A DNA stretch of 32,000 nt, taken from Candidatus Nitrospira inopinata. Its GTDB lineage: Bacteria; Nitrospirota; Nitrospiria; Nitrospirales; Nitrospiraceae. The first letter of the stretch is position 1. Each line of letters starts with the position of its first letter. The stretch is taken from the NCBI RefSeq assembly GCF_001458695.1, contig NZ_LN885086.1, positions 1,140,001 through 1,172,000 on the forward strand, written 5' to 3'. Below are positions 17,569 through 26,318 of the stretch, piece after piece. Both the position numbers and the translations under genes were made by a program. The notes beneath the pieces are model-generated. The model worked only from the letters and a program-made list of their open reading frames with translations. It was not told where the DNA came from and did not search any database.

Positions 17569-18584
17569 ACGGAGGATTTTTCCATTTTGGCGTCGCGTTC
17601 CATCAGGTCGCTCACGGCCTTTCGGCAGGACTTGCCTTCAAACAGCACGGCGTTGATCTCTTGCGTAATGGGCATCTCCACGCCGTGTCGCCGAGCCAGT
17701 TGCAGAGCCGCGCGGGCGGTCCGGACCCCTTCGGCGACGGCGTGCATGGTGCCCAGAACCAGTTCGAGCGGTTCGCCCTTCCCGATACGCATACCGACCG
17801 TATGGTTCCGGCTCAGCGCGCCGGTGCAGGTCAGCACGAGGTCTCCCACGCCGGACAGGCCGTAGAAGGTGCGGGGATCGGCTCCCATGGCCGCGCCCAA
17901 TCGAACGATCTCCGCCAGTCCCCTCGTGACGAGTGCCGCGCGCGCGTTGAGCCCCAGCTCCAGACCGTCCACGATCCCGGCCGCCAAAGCGATGACGTTT
18001 TTCAACGCCCCGCCCAACTGGACGCCGATCACGTCGAGATCGGCGTAGACGCGAAAGGTCGGTGTCATCAAGGTCTGTTGGAATCGCCGGACAAGCCGGT
18101 CGTCCGAACCGGCAAGACAAACCGCCGTGGGCCGTCCGGCGCTCAACTCGCCGGCAAAACTGGGTCCGGAAAGGACCAGCAGGGATTGATGCATGGATTG
18201 GGGCAAAATCTCTTCCATCACCTGCGTCATAAGCTTCCCGGTGTCCTCTTCAAGACCCTTGGTGGCGCTGATCAAAGGAACCGCACGGCTCAGGCAGGGA
18301 GCCAATCGGGTCAGAACCGTCCGCGCCACGTGAGAGGGTGTGACGAAGAGCAGGGCTTCACAACCTTCCACGACGTCCGGGAGAGACGACGTGGCGGTGA
18401 GGGCGGAGGGAAGCGAAACGCCTTTCAGAAAAACCGGATTCTCGTGAGACGAGTTGATCGACCGAGCCACCTCTTGCTCATAGGCCCAGAGGCGAACGGT
18501 CAACCCCTTCTCGGCCAGCAATTTGGCAAGAGCCGTTCCCCATGCCCCCGCTCCGATGACGGCTATGCTGGTGATTGATTGCAT
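17565..18584 (-). CDS. gpsA: NAD(P)H-dependent glycerol-3-phosphate dehydrogenase
   Basis: Rossmann motif IAVIGAGAWGTALAKLLA, plus GALKNVIALAAG and SRNHTVG motifs. Confidence 0.95.
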   Translation of the reverse strand: MQSITSIAVIGAGAWGTALAKLLAEKGLTVRLWAYEQEVARSINSSHENPVFLKGVSLPSALTATSSLPDVVEGCEALLFVTPSHVARTVLTRLAPCLSRAVPLISATKGLEEDTGKLMTQVMEEILPQSMHQSLLVLSGPSFAGELSAGRPTAVCLAGSDDRLVRRFQQTLMTPTFRVYADLDVIGVQLGGALKNVIALAAGIVDGLELGLNARAALVTRGLAEIVRLGAAMGADPRTFYGLSGVGDLVLTCTGALSRNHTVGMRIGKGEPLELVLGTMHAVAEGVRTARAALQLARRHGVEMPITQEINAVLFEGKSCRKAVSDLMERDAKMEKSSV

Positions 18585-18796
18585 GGCATGTGTGCGTCGT
18601 CCGCCGGCACGGCGTTGAACGTTGGGAGGTCGTCACGGCGAGAGGAAGCCATTCCTTGAAGTCGACGGATTATAGAAAGCCCCTCTTTCCCCTGTCAATG
18701 AAATGGGGCGGCCGCCTCTCGCAAATCGCAACCGATGCGTGTAGCCTACTCGTGGTCATCCAGATGACGGAGCGACGCCATTGAGAGGATTGGGCC

Positions 18797-19153
18797 ATGC
18801 AAACGTGCCCGACGTGTCACCGCTCCCAGCCTGAAATCCATCGCTTCTGCGTCGCCTGCGGGAGCCGGCTCGGAGGAGACACTCGTACCGGACCCGCCTC
18901 GCGTTCGGACGGCCGTGAGCCGGGACAGTTGAATATCCATGTGCTCTATGGAATGGTCGCGGCGCTGGTGCTTGCGTTGCTGTTCCCTCCCTGGGAGACG
19001 CCGCCCGATCAGCCGCCGGAGTTCCTGGGCATGCACTTTCTTCTCTCTCCTCCGACGCCGGAAGCCGTGGTGAGCCGCATGTTGCTCACGATCGAGCTGG
19101 TCACCATCGCGATCGCCGGTCTCTATGGGTCGTTCCTGTTTCGAACAAAGTAG
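18797..19153 (+). CDS. Zinc-ribbon membrane protein (118 aa), unknown function
   Basis: N-terminal CPTC-x12-CVAC zinc ribbon followed by two hydrophobic helices (VLYGMVAALVLALLF, LLTIELVTIAIAGLYGSFLF). GAGAGGA lies upstream of the ATG. Confidence 0.6.
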   Translation: MQTCPTCHRSQPEIHRFCVACGSRLGGDTRTGPASRSDGREPGQLNIHVLYGMVAALVLALLFPPWETPPDQPPEFLGMHFLLSPPTPEAVVSRMLLTIELVTIAIAGLYGSFLFRTK

Positions 19154-19192
19154 CGCGGCGACGCGCGGGCTTTGAGAGTAGGGCGTCAAGAG

Positions 19193-19213
19193 CCGGTTTC
19201 TCCGCGAAACCGG
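19193..19213. terminator. Hairpin between convergent genes (possible terminator)
   Basis: CCGGTTTC-TCCGC-GAAACCGG, an 8-bp perfect stem, between the stop at 19153 (+) and the stop at 19233 (-). The flanking T-tract is weak. Confidence 0.3.
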
Positions 19214-19232
19214 GTCGTTGGCGAGACTCCCC

Positions 19233-20036
19233 TCACTCGTCCAACTTTAACGTGAGACACTTGGCCGATCCTCCTGATTTCATGAACTCATCGAGCGGCA
19301 CGGCGTGGATGCGATAGCCTCGCTCACGGAGCATCCGCTCGGTCGCGGGGCAGCCGGCGGGCAGCACCACGTGGTTGTCGATACAGACGGCGTTGCAGGC
19401 GAATCGCAGAGCATCCTGCTCGGGGACTACGAGTCGCTTGGTCGGTGGGATTCGCTCGGCAATGGCGGTCTGGCCGTAACGATCGAACGCGGAAGGAACA
19501 TACAACAGCTCGCCTCCGCTCAAAGGGCAGAAGCAGGTATCCAGATGATAGAAGCGGCTGTCCACCAGTTCGAGCGGGATGATTTCCCGATGGAACCATT
19601 CGCTCAAGATCGGAAACGCGCGAATATCCGATCGTTGCCGATAGCCGCCGAACCAGCAATCCGGAAAACCCAACAGGTCGCCGGCCCCTTCAAAGAAGAG
19701 ACTTGGTTCCAACGTCAAGATTTCATACCCATGGTTGCGAAACCACTGTTCGAAGCAGGCTTCCTCTCGCCGTCGCTCCGGATGCCGAAACCGGCTGACC
19801 ACCGCCGTCTTGCCGACCACGATGCCGGCATTGGCCGTGAAGACCAAATCGGGGAGGCCGGGCACGGGCGTCAGCCGTTCGAGCGTCACGCCGATGTCCC
19901 GTTCGAATACCGCCATCAAGCTGTTCCATTGGAGGATCGCCCGTTCATGATCCACCTGGTTGTTCAGCCGCATCCACGGGTTGATTTCGTATTCGATCCC
20001 GAAAAAATCGGGCGGGCAGACAAGGAGGCGGGTCAT
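19233..20036 (-). CDS. Guanidino-group-modifying enzyme (amidinotransferase/DDAH/ADI superfamily), ArgZ/AgrE N-domain-like putative arginine dihydrolase
   Basis: N-terminus CPPDFFGIEYEINPWM and C-terminal SGGSAKCLTL with the conserved nucleophilic Cys of this superfamily. Its ATG overlaps the stop of the upstream TIGR00300-type gene (ATGA at 20036-20033). Confidence 0.8.
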   Translation of the reverse strand: MTRLLVCPPDFFGIEYEINPWMRLNNQVDHERAILQWNSLMAVFERDIGVTLERLTPVPGLPDLVFTANAGIVVGKTAVVSRFRHPERRREEACFEQWFRNHGYEILTLEPSLFFEGAGDLLGFPDCWFGGYRQRSDIRAFPILSEWFHREIIPLELVDSRFYHLDTCFCPLSGGELLYVPSAFDRYGQTAIAERIPPTKRLVVPEQDALRFACNAVCIDNHVVLPAGCPATERMLRERGYRIHAVPLDEFMKSGGSAKCLTLKLDE

Positions 20037-21277
20037 GCCGGTCTTCCCAGCAATCTGGCCAACTCGGAGAGAAACGACGCCGCGTCCATCACGAGACCGA
20101 CGGCTTGAAAACTCCCGCGGTCCGCGAGCTTGGTCGGCACGGAGGGATTGATGTCCGCGCAGACGGTCGGGACCGTCGCCGGCAGCAGGTTGCCCGTGGC
20201 GACGGCGTGCAGCGTGGAGGCCACCAGCAGCGCGAGCTTCACGCCGTCAATGGCGGCGCGCATGGCCCGTTGCGCTTGAACGGAGTCGGTGATGACCCCG
20301 GGCAGGGGGCCGTCGTCACGGATGGTGCCAGCCATGACGACCGGGACGTGCTTCCGGACACAGGCGGCCATGATGCCATTTTTCACGACGCCGGAGACCA
20401 CGGCCCGCTCGATGCTGCCGATGGCGCGAATTCGATTGATCGTCCGCAAGTGATGTTCATGGCCGTGAGGAACCGTGCGGCCGGCCGTGAGTCCGTAGCC
20501 CAAGGACGTGCCGTACAGGTCCGCTTCCATGTCGTGGGCTGCCAGGGCGTTGCCGCAAAACAAGACGTGGATGAATTCTTCCTCGATCAGCCAGGTCAGG
20601 GCGTCCCGCCCTCCGGCGTGGATGATGGCCGGCCCTCCCGCCAGCAGAACCCGGCAGGCGGCGCCCTCTCGCCTGTGTTGTTCGCGAAGCCGACTCATTC
20701 GGGAGGCGACGTCGGCGATGACGTGGCCATGCGGCCGCTCCGCCGACACGTGGGATTCCATGAAGCCGAAGACATCCCGCTCGCGCGGCCGGGCCAGGGG
20801 AATCACGCGCACGCCCTCGCGGCCGGTTACGATCAGCTCTCCCCGTCGAACCTCGCCCATGGGAACGGCTCGCGCGGTCGCCCGTTCTTGATCCACCACG
20901 ATGCCGACGTCCATCTCGATGTGTTCGACGTCGATCCATCGGCCGCTGAGTCTGATTTGGGTCGGCAGATGGGTCGTGGCGTAGAAATCCTCGGGGAAAA
21001 TCCCGTCCGCCGGCGCCGCTTCGACCCGGCAGTCCGCTTCGCGCTCGACGGCGGCGCCGTGCGGCTGGATCGATTTAAGGATGTCATTCAGGAGCGTATG
21101 GGAGGAAGCCCGGACAGTGATGCGAGCGCAAGAGGGCTCCTCCCTGGTTTTGCCGATCCGAACGTCCTCGATATCGAAGGTGCCGCCCATCATCAGGATG
21201 ATGTCCAACACCTTGGCGAGCAGCAGCGAGTCGATGATGTGTCCGCTCAAGACGACGGTTTCTTGATGAATGTTCAT
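20033..21277 (-). CDS. TIGR00300 / LOR-SDH-domain family protein (ArgZ/AgrE C-domain-like, putative ornithine cyclodeaminase-type enzyme)
   Basis: N-terminus MNIHQETVVLSGHIIDSLLLAKVLDIILMMGGTFDIEDVRIG and a C-terminal Rossmann-like half (LLAGGPAIIHAGG, HVLFCGNALAAHD) fit this family. The ATG at 21277 has GGGAGAG 5 nt upstream. The 145-codon upstream extension of the ORF overlaps truD and is Arg-rich. Confidence 0.75.
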   Translation of the reverse strand: MNIHQETVVLSGHIIDSLLLAKVLDIILMMGGTFDIEDVRIGKTREEPSCARITVRASSHTLLNDILKSIQPHGAAVEREADCRVEAAPADGIFPEDFYATTHLPTQIRLSGRWIDVEHIEMDVGIVVDQERATARAVPMGEVRRGELIVTGREGVRVIPLARPRERDVFGFMESHVSAERPHGHVIADVASRMSRLREQHRREGAACRVLLAGGPAIIHAGGRDALTWLIEEEFIHVLFCGNALAAHDMEADLYGTSLGYGLTAGRTVPHGHEHHLRTINRIRAIGSIERAVVSGVVKNGIMAACVRKHVPVVMAGTIRDDGPLPGVITDSVQAQRAMRAAIDGVKLALLVASTLHAVATGNLLPATVPTVCADINPSVPTKLADRGSFQAVGLVMDAASFLSELARLLGRPA

Positions 21278-21309
21278 CGGCTCTCCCATGATAGATTTTT
21301 TTGATTCTA

Positions 21310-22389
21310 TCACTTCTCCGCCCGGTGGAGAGAATCGTTGGAAGAGCCGAGTTCCTCGGTTTTCATCAGTTCTCTCAGCACGTTGGTGGCGTAAGCGCCG
21401 GGAGGAAGGGTAAAGGCCAGGGTCAGGGTTGATCCGCCGAGCGACCACTCCGGGTCCGCCAGCGGGACCCGCAAGGGCCGGCGCTCGCCACGGAATCCGC
21501 AAGCCTTGGCCGCTTGAATCAGCAGGTCCTTCGTCATGCCCAGTTCGGCGGCGGCGGCTTCCTCGATCCGTCCCGGCTCGCCGCCGGCCCATGAGACGCG
21601 GGATCCGAACAACACTCCCGTCGGGCTGATCTCGAACCGGTCGGCTCGGGGTTGTTCCGTGCCTTCGTCTTCGACCAGGAAACAGGAGCCGTTCGAGGTC
21701 TTGACCGCCCAATCTCCGGCAAAGACATGATCAAGCGAGTCGATCCGCTTGGCAAGAATGCGGTTAAACAGATGGGACTGAAAGGCGTTGAGGTACCACA
21801 GGCGTTTGGCGCGACTCATCGAGGCCCGTTTGGTTTGATCGGTCAGCAACGTCGCGCCGATCCGATAATTGCTTCCGTCCCGTCCCTGCCGTTGGGGTCC
21901 GAAATAATTCGGCACGCCTCGGCGCTGAAGAATCTCAAGAATGGCCGGGGCTGTGTCCTTGGCATGGGCCGCGACGTCCCGAATCACCAAGCGAAACCGG
22001 TTTCCGGCATGGTGGCCGGGGCGCAGCCGATTACGATGGCGCCCGAGGACCTCGATTGAAAGAATCCGCTCGTTGGTCTTGAGACGAGCCACCTGTTCGG
22101 GCGTGGCGAGATGGAGAGACAGCATCTGGGTCGTGACGGCCCGCGCGTCTTTGAGGCCGGCCATGCCGATGGATTTGGCTTTCAGGCCCGTCGTGCTCGA
22201 AAGCAGTTTGATCAGATCGGGCGTGGACAGGAGCCGCTTGGTGACCTTGATGTACAGATGCTCGCCGATGCCGCAGGGGAGGTACAGCGGCTGTTCTTCC
22301 ACGCGAAAATCCTCCGGTGCCACGCGGATTCGCCCACCGATGCCGGGAATCTCGCTCGTCAAGTAGGGACCGATCGCGTGGCTCATCAT
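21310..22389 (-). CDS. truD: tRNA pseudouridine(13) synthase
   Basis: N-terminus PGIGGRIRVAPEDFRVEEQP, catalytic GLKDARAVT (GxKD) motif, and PNYFGPQR. Confidence 0.92.
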   Translation of the reverse strand: MMSHAIGPYLTSEIPGIGGRIRVAPEDFRVEEQPLYLPCGIGEHLYIKVTKRLLSTPDLIKLLSSTTGLKAKSIGMAGLKDARAVTTQMLSLHLATPEQVARLKTNERILSIEVLGRHRNRLRPGHHAGNRFRLVIRDVAAHAKDTAPAILEILQRRGVPNYFGPQRQGRDGSNYRIGATLLTDQTKRASMSRAKRLWYLNAFQSHLFNRILAKRIDSLDHVFAGDWAVKTSNGSCFLVEDEGTEQPRADRFEISPTGVLFGSRVSWAGGEPGRIEEAAAAELGMTKDLLIQAAKACGFRGERRPLRVPLADPEWSLGGSTLTLAFTLPPGAYATNVLRELMKTEELGSSNDSLHRAEK

Positions 22390-22513
22390 TTGGTCTCGTG
22401 GGAAGGGGCTGTGTTTCTTTTCAGAGTCGAGGTGTCAGCGTTCGGTTCTCAGTTCTCAAGAAGATGCCATGCTGCCATCAGAAGCTCCATCAACCGAGAA
22501 CTGAAACAAGCAA

Positions 22514-23173
22514 CTAGGATTTCTGCGGACTCACGTACCGCAATTGGTCCAGCGCCTCCCGGCATCGACTCCGCACGGTTTGGTCCCAATCCTCTTTGGC
22601 AAGATATTCCAGCTTCGGCCTTGCTTCCACGGCCCGCAGCCGTCCCAAGCCCAGGGCCGCGCAAGCGCGCACGTAGGCGTGATCGTCTTCCAAGGCCTTG
22701 AGGAGCAGCGGCACCGCGGAGTTGTCCCGTAACAGGCCGAGGTGGCTCGCCGCCATCCCCCGCACTCGATGGCGCTCGTCGCCCGGCGAGTGCAGGAGGG
22801 TATGGTCCCACAGGGCTCGGAGGGCCGGAGAAACAGATTCGAGGCCGTCGATCCGATAGTCGTTGCATTCGATCAGCTCGAAAGACAGAGCCAGTTTTCT
22901 GCCAGGATCGGTTTCTTGCCGGAACGCCGCGAGCAAACGGTCCCGCTTGCGTCGCTGCGCGATCCGTCGGCGGATGTTCCGGACCGCGAGCAGGAGGATC
23001 GCTCCAACGGCCGCCGCTCCCGCCGCCATTGGAACGGCGTGATCGATGAGAAAAGTCTGGGTCTCGGTCGGCAGCCGCTTCCATACCCAGACGCCGGCCA
23101 CGATCATTCCCACCAGCACAAGAATCGCGGTCGGATGAACGGGGCTCCGTTCGTTTGTTTGTTGCTGTTGCAC
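22514..23173 (-). CDS. Membrane-anchored HEAT-repeat (PBS-lyase HEAT-like) protein
   Basis: Two N-terminal TM helices, then repeats of the type VRGMAASHLGLLRDNSAVPLLLKALEDDHAYVRACAALGLGRL...DQTVRSRCREAL. Confidence 0.7.
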   Translation of the reverse strand: MQQQQTNERSPVHPTAILVLVGMIVAGVWVWKRLPTETQTFLIDHAVPMAAGAAAVGAILLLAVRNIRRRIAQRRKRDRLLAAFRQETDPGRKLALSFELIECNDYRIDGLESVSPALRALWDHTLLHSPGDERHRVRGMAASHLGLLRDNSAVPLLLKALEDDHAYVRACAALGLGRLRAVEARPKLEYLAKEDWDQTVRSRCREALDQLRYVSPQKS

Positions 23174-23208
23174 GGCAGGATCTTACGGACAGACCAGACG
23201 GCCGGTCA

Positions 23209-23760
23209 ATGAGTCCGTCTCCGTCGGAGGCGCGGCCCGCGGCGTTGGGCGGCCCGGGTGGCCTCCATCTTGACGGTGTAGAGCCTTCCCTCTATGCTCC
23301 GCTCGTGGAATCGCCGAATCCACAAGACGATCCCTATTTGAAACTGGTTCGGCCTCTGGTGGAGGCCTATTTGGCATTCTGGCGAACCGGCAGTCGTCAT
23401 ATTAAGAAATCCCTGCGGCTCACACCTTCCCAGTTCGACGTGATCGCCACCTTGGGCGATACGGACGGGATGACCTGTTCGGAATTGTCCCACAAGACGC
23501 TGGTGACCAAAGGCACCTTGACCGGCGTGTTGGATCGCTTGGCCGCGAAAGGTTTGATCAAGCGCGAGGCGATTCAAGGGGACCGGCGATTTACGAAAAT
23601 TTCACTGACGGCCAAGGGCGATGCGTTGTTTCGCAAAACGTTCAGCGCCCATACCGCGTTCATCCGTCCGTTTTTCGAGCGGGCTTTGACTCCGCAGGAG
23701 GTGGAGCAGGCGCGCTCGTTCCTTCTGCGAATCAGGGACAGTTTCAACCGAGACCGGTGA
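23209..23760 (+). CDS. MarR-family transcriptional regulator
   Basis: Winged-helix core LTPSQFDVIATLGDTDGMTCSELSHKTLVTKGTLTGVLDRLAAKGLIKREAIQGDRRFTKISLTAKG. The ATG at 23209 is preferred over the TTG at 23155. Confidence 0.88.
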   Translation: MSPSPSEARPAALGGPGGLHLDGVEPSLYAPLVESPNPQDDPYLKLVRPLVEAYLAFWRTGSRHIKKSLRLTPSQFDVIATLGDTDGMTCSELSHKTLVTKGTLTGVLDRLAAKGLIKREAIQGDRRFTKISLTAKGDALFRKTFSAHTAFIRPFFERALTPQEVEQARSFLLRIRDSFNRDR

Positions 23761-23905
23761 GGTTGCGGCCGGGATTCACCATGGGGCACAATGGTAAGCC
23801 TCCTGTCGTAATGGCGTGATGCCGGCCATTGCGGTGTCGGCTCTTCCGACCCCCTGCGGCGGATCGACAGCCTGATCAACAGCCTGTGGAGCACCCTGAT
23901 AGGCG

Positions 23906-25996
23906 ATGACCCCTCCTTCACCTCTATCCACCACCTCCATACGACGTGTGATGGTGGGAACCGACCGTTCCAAAACGGCGGACCATGCCGTCCGGTGGGC
24001 CGCTGAGTTCGCAAATCGTTATGGAGCGGAGCTGTTTGTGGTGCAGGTTATCGTGCCGCAACATCCGACCGTCACGGAATTCGGCGCGGCCGAACAGACG
24101 AAGGCCGAAGCCGCCGGCGAGGAACTTACCCACATCGTGACGCAACTGGCCGGAGAACGGGGACGCGCCCTTGTCGTTATCGATTCCGATCCGGCGTTGA
24201 CTATCGTCCGTGCCGCCGAACGCGAAGCGATCGACGTGCTGGTGGTCGGGAATTCGGGCATGGCGGGACGAAAGGAGTTCTTGCTCGGGAACGTTCCGAA
24301 CCGCATCAGTCACAATGCCCGTTGCACTGTCATCATTGTGAATACCCTTCAGGCCGTCGGTGAGCCAGGTCTCGAAGCCGCGCCGATCCCTCGGCCTTCC
24401 ACCGACGCCTCCTCCCCAGAACCTCGGCTAGGGGGGCGGGCCGTGCGCATTGCGACGGTGATGGCGAAGTACGGCGTCAAGGAACTCTTCAGCCGGCCCG
24501 ATCAAGCGGACGTGTCCACTCGTCGTCAACAGGCGAAGCGTCTCCGCTCGGCGTTGGAGGAACTGGGCCCGACCTTCTCGAAGCTGGGACAGATCTTGTC
24601 GACTCGTCCGGATCTTCTGCCCGCCGAGTATATTGAAGAGCTGGCCTTGTTGCAGAGTCGCGTGCCTCCCATGCCGGAAAGTGAAGTCGTTCGGGTGGCG
24701 GAGCAGGAGCTGGGGGTGCCGTGGGAAGACGTGTTCGAGTCGATCGATCCCCGACCGCTCGCCGCCGGGACCATCGCGCAAGTCCATCGGGCGACCCTCG
24801 AAAACGGAGACCGAGTCGTCGTCAAGGTTCAACGACCGACCGCTCGGGCCGACATTGAGCAGGATCTGGCCCTCCTCGAGATCTTTGCCCGCCAAGTCGG
24901 GCGACCTCCCGCTCTTCATCAGGTCGTGGATATCGAGGCGGTGTTCAAGCACCTCTCGACGTCGCTCCAGCGCGAGCTCGACTTTCGCCAGGAGATCGAC
25001 AACATCCAACGGATGCGGACCGTGCTGGCGGACTATGACCGATTGGCGGTCCCCGCCGTCCATCAGGAGTTGTCCACCGCCCGTTTGTTGGTGATGGAGG
25101 AGATTCAAGGGATTCCGATCTCGCAGGCGCCGGAAGGCCGGGAACGGATCGAGGCGGCGCGCCAATTGTTGGAAGGTTTCTATAAACAGATCATCGTCGA
25201 GGGCTTCTTTCATGCCGATCCTCACCCGGGCAATCTCATGTGGTGGAAGGACCGCGTGTATTTGCTCGACTTCGGAATGGTCGGGGCGATCGACGCCGGG
25301 TTGCGCGAGCATCTCTTGTTGATGCTCATGGCGTTGTGGAAAGAGGACGCGGCGTTTCTGACCGACGTCACGCTGATGATGACGAGTTCGATCGACCGAA
25401 GCGATCTGGACGTTCCGCGGTTTCAGAGCGAGATCGGCGACGTGATGGCCAAGTACCGCAAGGCGGCGCTCGCCGAGATGCAGATCGGACCGCTGTTGCA
25501 GGAAATGAGCGCCATCGCGTTTCGACACGGGGTCCCGCTGCCGGCTTCGCTGACGCTCGCCGCCAAGGCGCTGGCGCAAGTCCAACTGGCGACGGCTCAT
25601 CTTGATCCGAAACTCGATCCGTACGACGTCGCGGGTAAGTTTTTGATGCGCGTCATGATCACGCGCGCGGGGGCCGCGCTCGATCCCAAGTCGCTGGCGT
25701 ATCAGTTGCAAAAGTTCAAGGTGCGGGCGGAGCGCGTGGCTGAAGCCGTCGAACACCTGATCGGGGCCAGACCAGGGCAGAAGCTGGTCGTGAATTTTCA
25801 GGCCAATGCGCTCGAACGGACGGTTCGCCGGACGGGGCGGCGCCTGGCGTTGAGCTCGGCCGCCGCGGCGAGTCTGCTGTCCAGCGGGCTTACCGCCATG
25901 TCGACGACCGTCGCCGACTGGGTGCCCGTCACGTTCGGGATCGTGGCCGGACTGCTGACGCTCGGACTGATCGTTGATCTCCTGCGGGAACGGTGA
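23906..25996 (+). CDS. Universal stress protein (UspA) domain fused to an ABC1/UbiB-family atypical kinase, with C-terminal TM helices
   Basis: Residues about 14-146 form a USP domain, including the ATP-binding G-x2-G-x9-G(S/T)-like stretch VVGNSGMAGRKEFLLGNVPNRISHNARCTVIIV. From about residue 178 the UbiB hallmarks appear: LGPTFSKLGQILSTRPDLLP, AAGTIAQVHRATL..VVVKVQRP, HADPHPGNL and LLDFG. Two hydrophobic C-terminal helices follow. Confidence 0.88.
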   Translation: MTPPSPLSTTSIRRVMVGTDRSKTADHAVRWAAEFANRYGAELFVVQVIVPQHPTVTEFGAAEQTKAEAAGEELTHIVTQLAGERGRALVVIDSDPALTIVRAAEREAIDVLVVGNSGMAGRKEFLLGNVPNRISHNARCTVIIVNTLQAVGEPGLEAAPIPRPSTDASSPEPRLGGRAVRIATVMAKYGVKELFSRPDQADVSTRRQQAKRLRSALEELGPTFSKLGQILSTRPDLLPAEYIEELALLQSRVPPMPESEVVRVAEQELGVPWEDVFESIDPRPLAAGTIAQVHRATLENGDRVVVKVQRPTARADIEQDLALLEIFARQVGRPPALHQVVDIEAVFKHLSTSLQRELDFRQEIDNIQRMRTVLADYDRLAVPAVHQELSTARLLVMEEIQGIPISQAPEGRERIEAARQLLEGFYKQIIVEGFFHADPHPGNLMWWKDRVYLLDFGMVGAIDAGLREHLLLMLMALWKEDAAFLTDVTLMMTSSIDRSDLDVPRFQSEIGDVMAKYRKAALAEMQIGPLLQEMSAIAFRHGVPLPASLTLAAKALAQVQLATAHLDPKLDPYDVAGKFLMRVMITRAGAALDPKSLAYQLQKFKVRAERVAEAVEHLIGARPGQKLVVNFQANALERTVRRTGRRLALSSAAAASLLSSGLTAMSTTVADWVPVTFGIVAGLLTLGLIVDLLRER

Positions 25997-26044
25997 CGGC
26001 GAGTCGTTCTCTCGGCGGTTTATCTGATTCTTCGGATGCTGATG

Positions 26045-26296
26045 CTATGGTTCGGCCTCGCCGCGCTCGATGGAACGCAGCACGGCCCGCTCGAGCAGAA
26101 AGGCGATGGCCGCCATGACGAGAGCGATGAGCCGGTATTCAATACGCCGCATCAAGGATCGGGGCGCCGGCTTCATCGCGGAAGTGTCGTCGGTCATGCG
26201 CGCATTATCAACGAGTCCGTTGCCCGCTGCAAGAAGCCTGTCGTTCGCGCCGATGACGCACCGATCCGAGCCCAAGCCGAACACTTGGGCGGACAC
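26045..26296 (-). CDS. Possible small single-pass membrane protein (50-83 aa)
   Basis: ORF with one clear TM helix (YRLIALVMAAIAFLLERAV). The GTG at 26296 has GAGGG about 10 nt upstream. An internal ATG at 26197 lacks an RBS. No family recognised, and it could be spurious. Confidence 0.3.
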   Translation of the reverse strand: MSAQVFGLGSDRCVIGANDRLLAAGNGLVDNARMTDDTSAMKPAPRSLMRRIEYRLIALVMAAIAFLLERAVLRSIERGEAEP

Positions 26297-26318
26297 TTGA
26301 TCGTCACCCTCGCCTCTT

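Noticed and set aside
21278-21712. 145-codon N-terminal extension of the TIGR00300-type ORF, which would overlap the 3' end of truD
   Set aside because: The extension is Arg/Gly/Pro-rich and overlaps a well-supported gene. An ATG at 21277 with a GGGAGAG Shine-Dalgarno gives the family-typical N-terminus and length.
22449-22504. 9-bp inverted repeat TCAGTTCTC ... GAGAACTGA with a 38-nt spacer, and a small TGCCAT direct repeat, between the HEAT-repeat gene and truD
   Set aside because: The loop is large, there is no T-tract and no second copy elsewhere in the window. It could be a protein-binding site, but nothing supports a specific call.
24428-25756. 442-aa minus-strand ORF antisense to the UbiB domain. 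Similar antisense ORFs occur at 26304-27083, 27108-27806 and 28080-28919 opposite the cyclase-STAND gene, and at 20105-21304 opposite the TIGR00300 gene.
   Set aside because: All are Arg/His/Gln-rich with no recognisable motifs. The sense-strand proteins have strong family signatures. Equal-length mirror ORFs (for example 958-1404 versus atpC, and 19305-20108 versus the 267-aa enzyme) are expected from codon periodicity in GC-rich DNA.
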